Source: a virus. Taken from it: 64,000 nucleotides of DNA. Under the pieces are notes generated by a model. That model saw only the letters and a list, made by a program, of their open reading frames with translations. It searched no databases and had not been told where the DNA came from. The position numbers and the translations under genes were made by a program. Position 1 is the stretch's first letter. Each line of letters begins with the position of its first letter. This document shows, piece after piece, positions 63,794 through 64,000 of this stretch. The stretch lies in the IMG/VR virus record IMGVR_UViG_3300036940_000232. The stretch is one strand, 5' to 3'.

Positions 63794-64000
63794 ATTCTTA
63801 AAGATTAAAACCCACGGTGATAAAGCCAACCACGGCATCACCGTTGGTGAATGTGAGGTCACAGAAAAACTTGACGGAGCAAACTTCTCATTTGATATTG
63901 ATGATGAGACAGGCGAACTCCATTTCTATTCACGAAACAATGAATTATGTGGCGGGCTTGAGAATGGCAAGTCATGGGTACGTGCGACCGAATCAATTAG
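63780..64000 (+). CDS. ATP-dependent RNA ligase (Rnl2-like), partial
   Basis: Not in the ORF track: MVQHKF...VTEKLDGANFSF...SRN; open to the window end. Confidence 0.75.
   Translation, partial: MVQHKFLKIKTHGDKANHGITVGECEVTEKLDGANFSFDIDDETGELHFYSRNNELCGGLENGKSWVRATESI

Noticed and set aside
30238-63862. Minus-strand ORFs opposite the early arm
   Set aside because: They overlap well-supported plus-strand genes or tRNAs, are Ser/Leu/Phe-rich shadows and lack RBS.
1-64000. Integrated provirus boundary
   Set aside because: No integrase, att-like duplication or host housekeeping genes in the window.

Overview
This 64 kb window is part of a large head-tailed virus genome with a contractile (myovirus-type) tail. 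An archaeal host is inferred from BRE-TATA promoters, GGTGA/GGAGG ribosome-binding sites, poly-T terminators, a bulge-helix-bulge (BHB) tRNA intron and a C1:G72 short-arm tRNA-Tyr. The minus strand (1-25.8 kb) is the late morphogenesis arm: terminase, portal, protease/scaffold, capsid, neck, sheath, tube, chaperones, tape measure, baseplate and tail fibre. It is interrupted by a glycosyltransferase, three homing-type endonucleases, a putative cysteine peptidase and a lone tRNA-Ala. At 26-29.8 kb lies an array of promoter-ORF-terminator cassettes with iteron-like repeats. The plus strand (30-64 kb) carries many small genes and a tRNA/ncRNA cluster: 22 canonical tRNAs covering all 20 amino acids (including the lone tRNA-Ala), plus about 8 tRNA-like RNAs with expanded or aberrant anticodon arms. 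It also encodes Ro60/TROVE, PspA-like, NAMPT, NMNAT, class II CCA-HD and RNA ligase proteins, and a complete ubiquitin-like operon (tri-Ubl, E2, JAB, E1). Top leads: (1) a virus-encoded Ubl conjugation system with a polyubiquitin-like precursor and a tail-less Ubl paralog; (2) a 400-nt BHB intron in tRNA-Asn encoding a PD-(D/E)XK endonuclease; (3) six covarying Y-RNA-like elements, three grafted into tRNA scaffolds. All family assignments are motif-based by eye; no searches were run.
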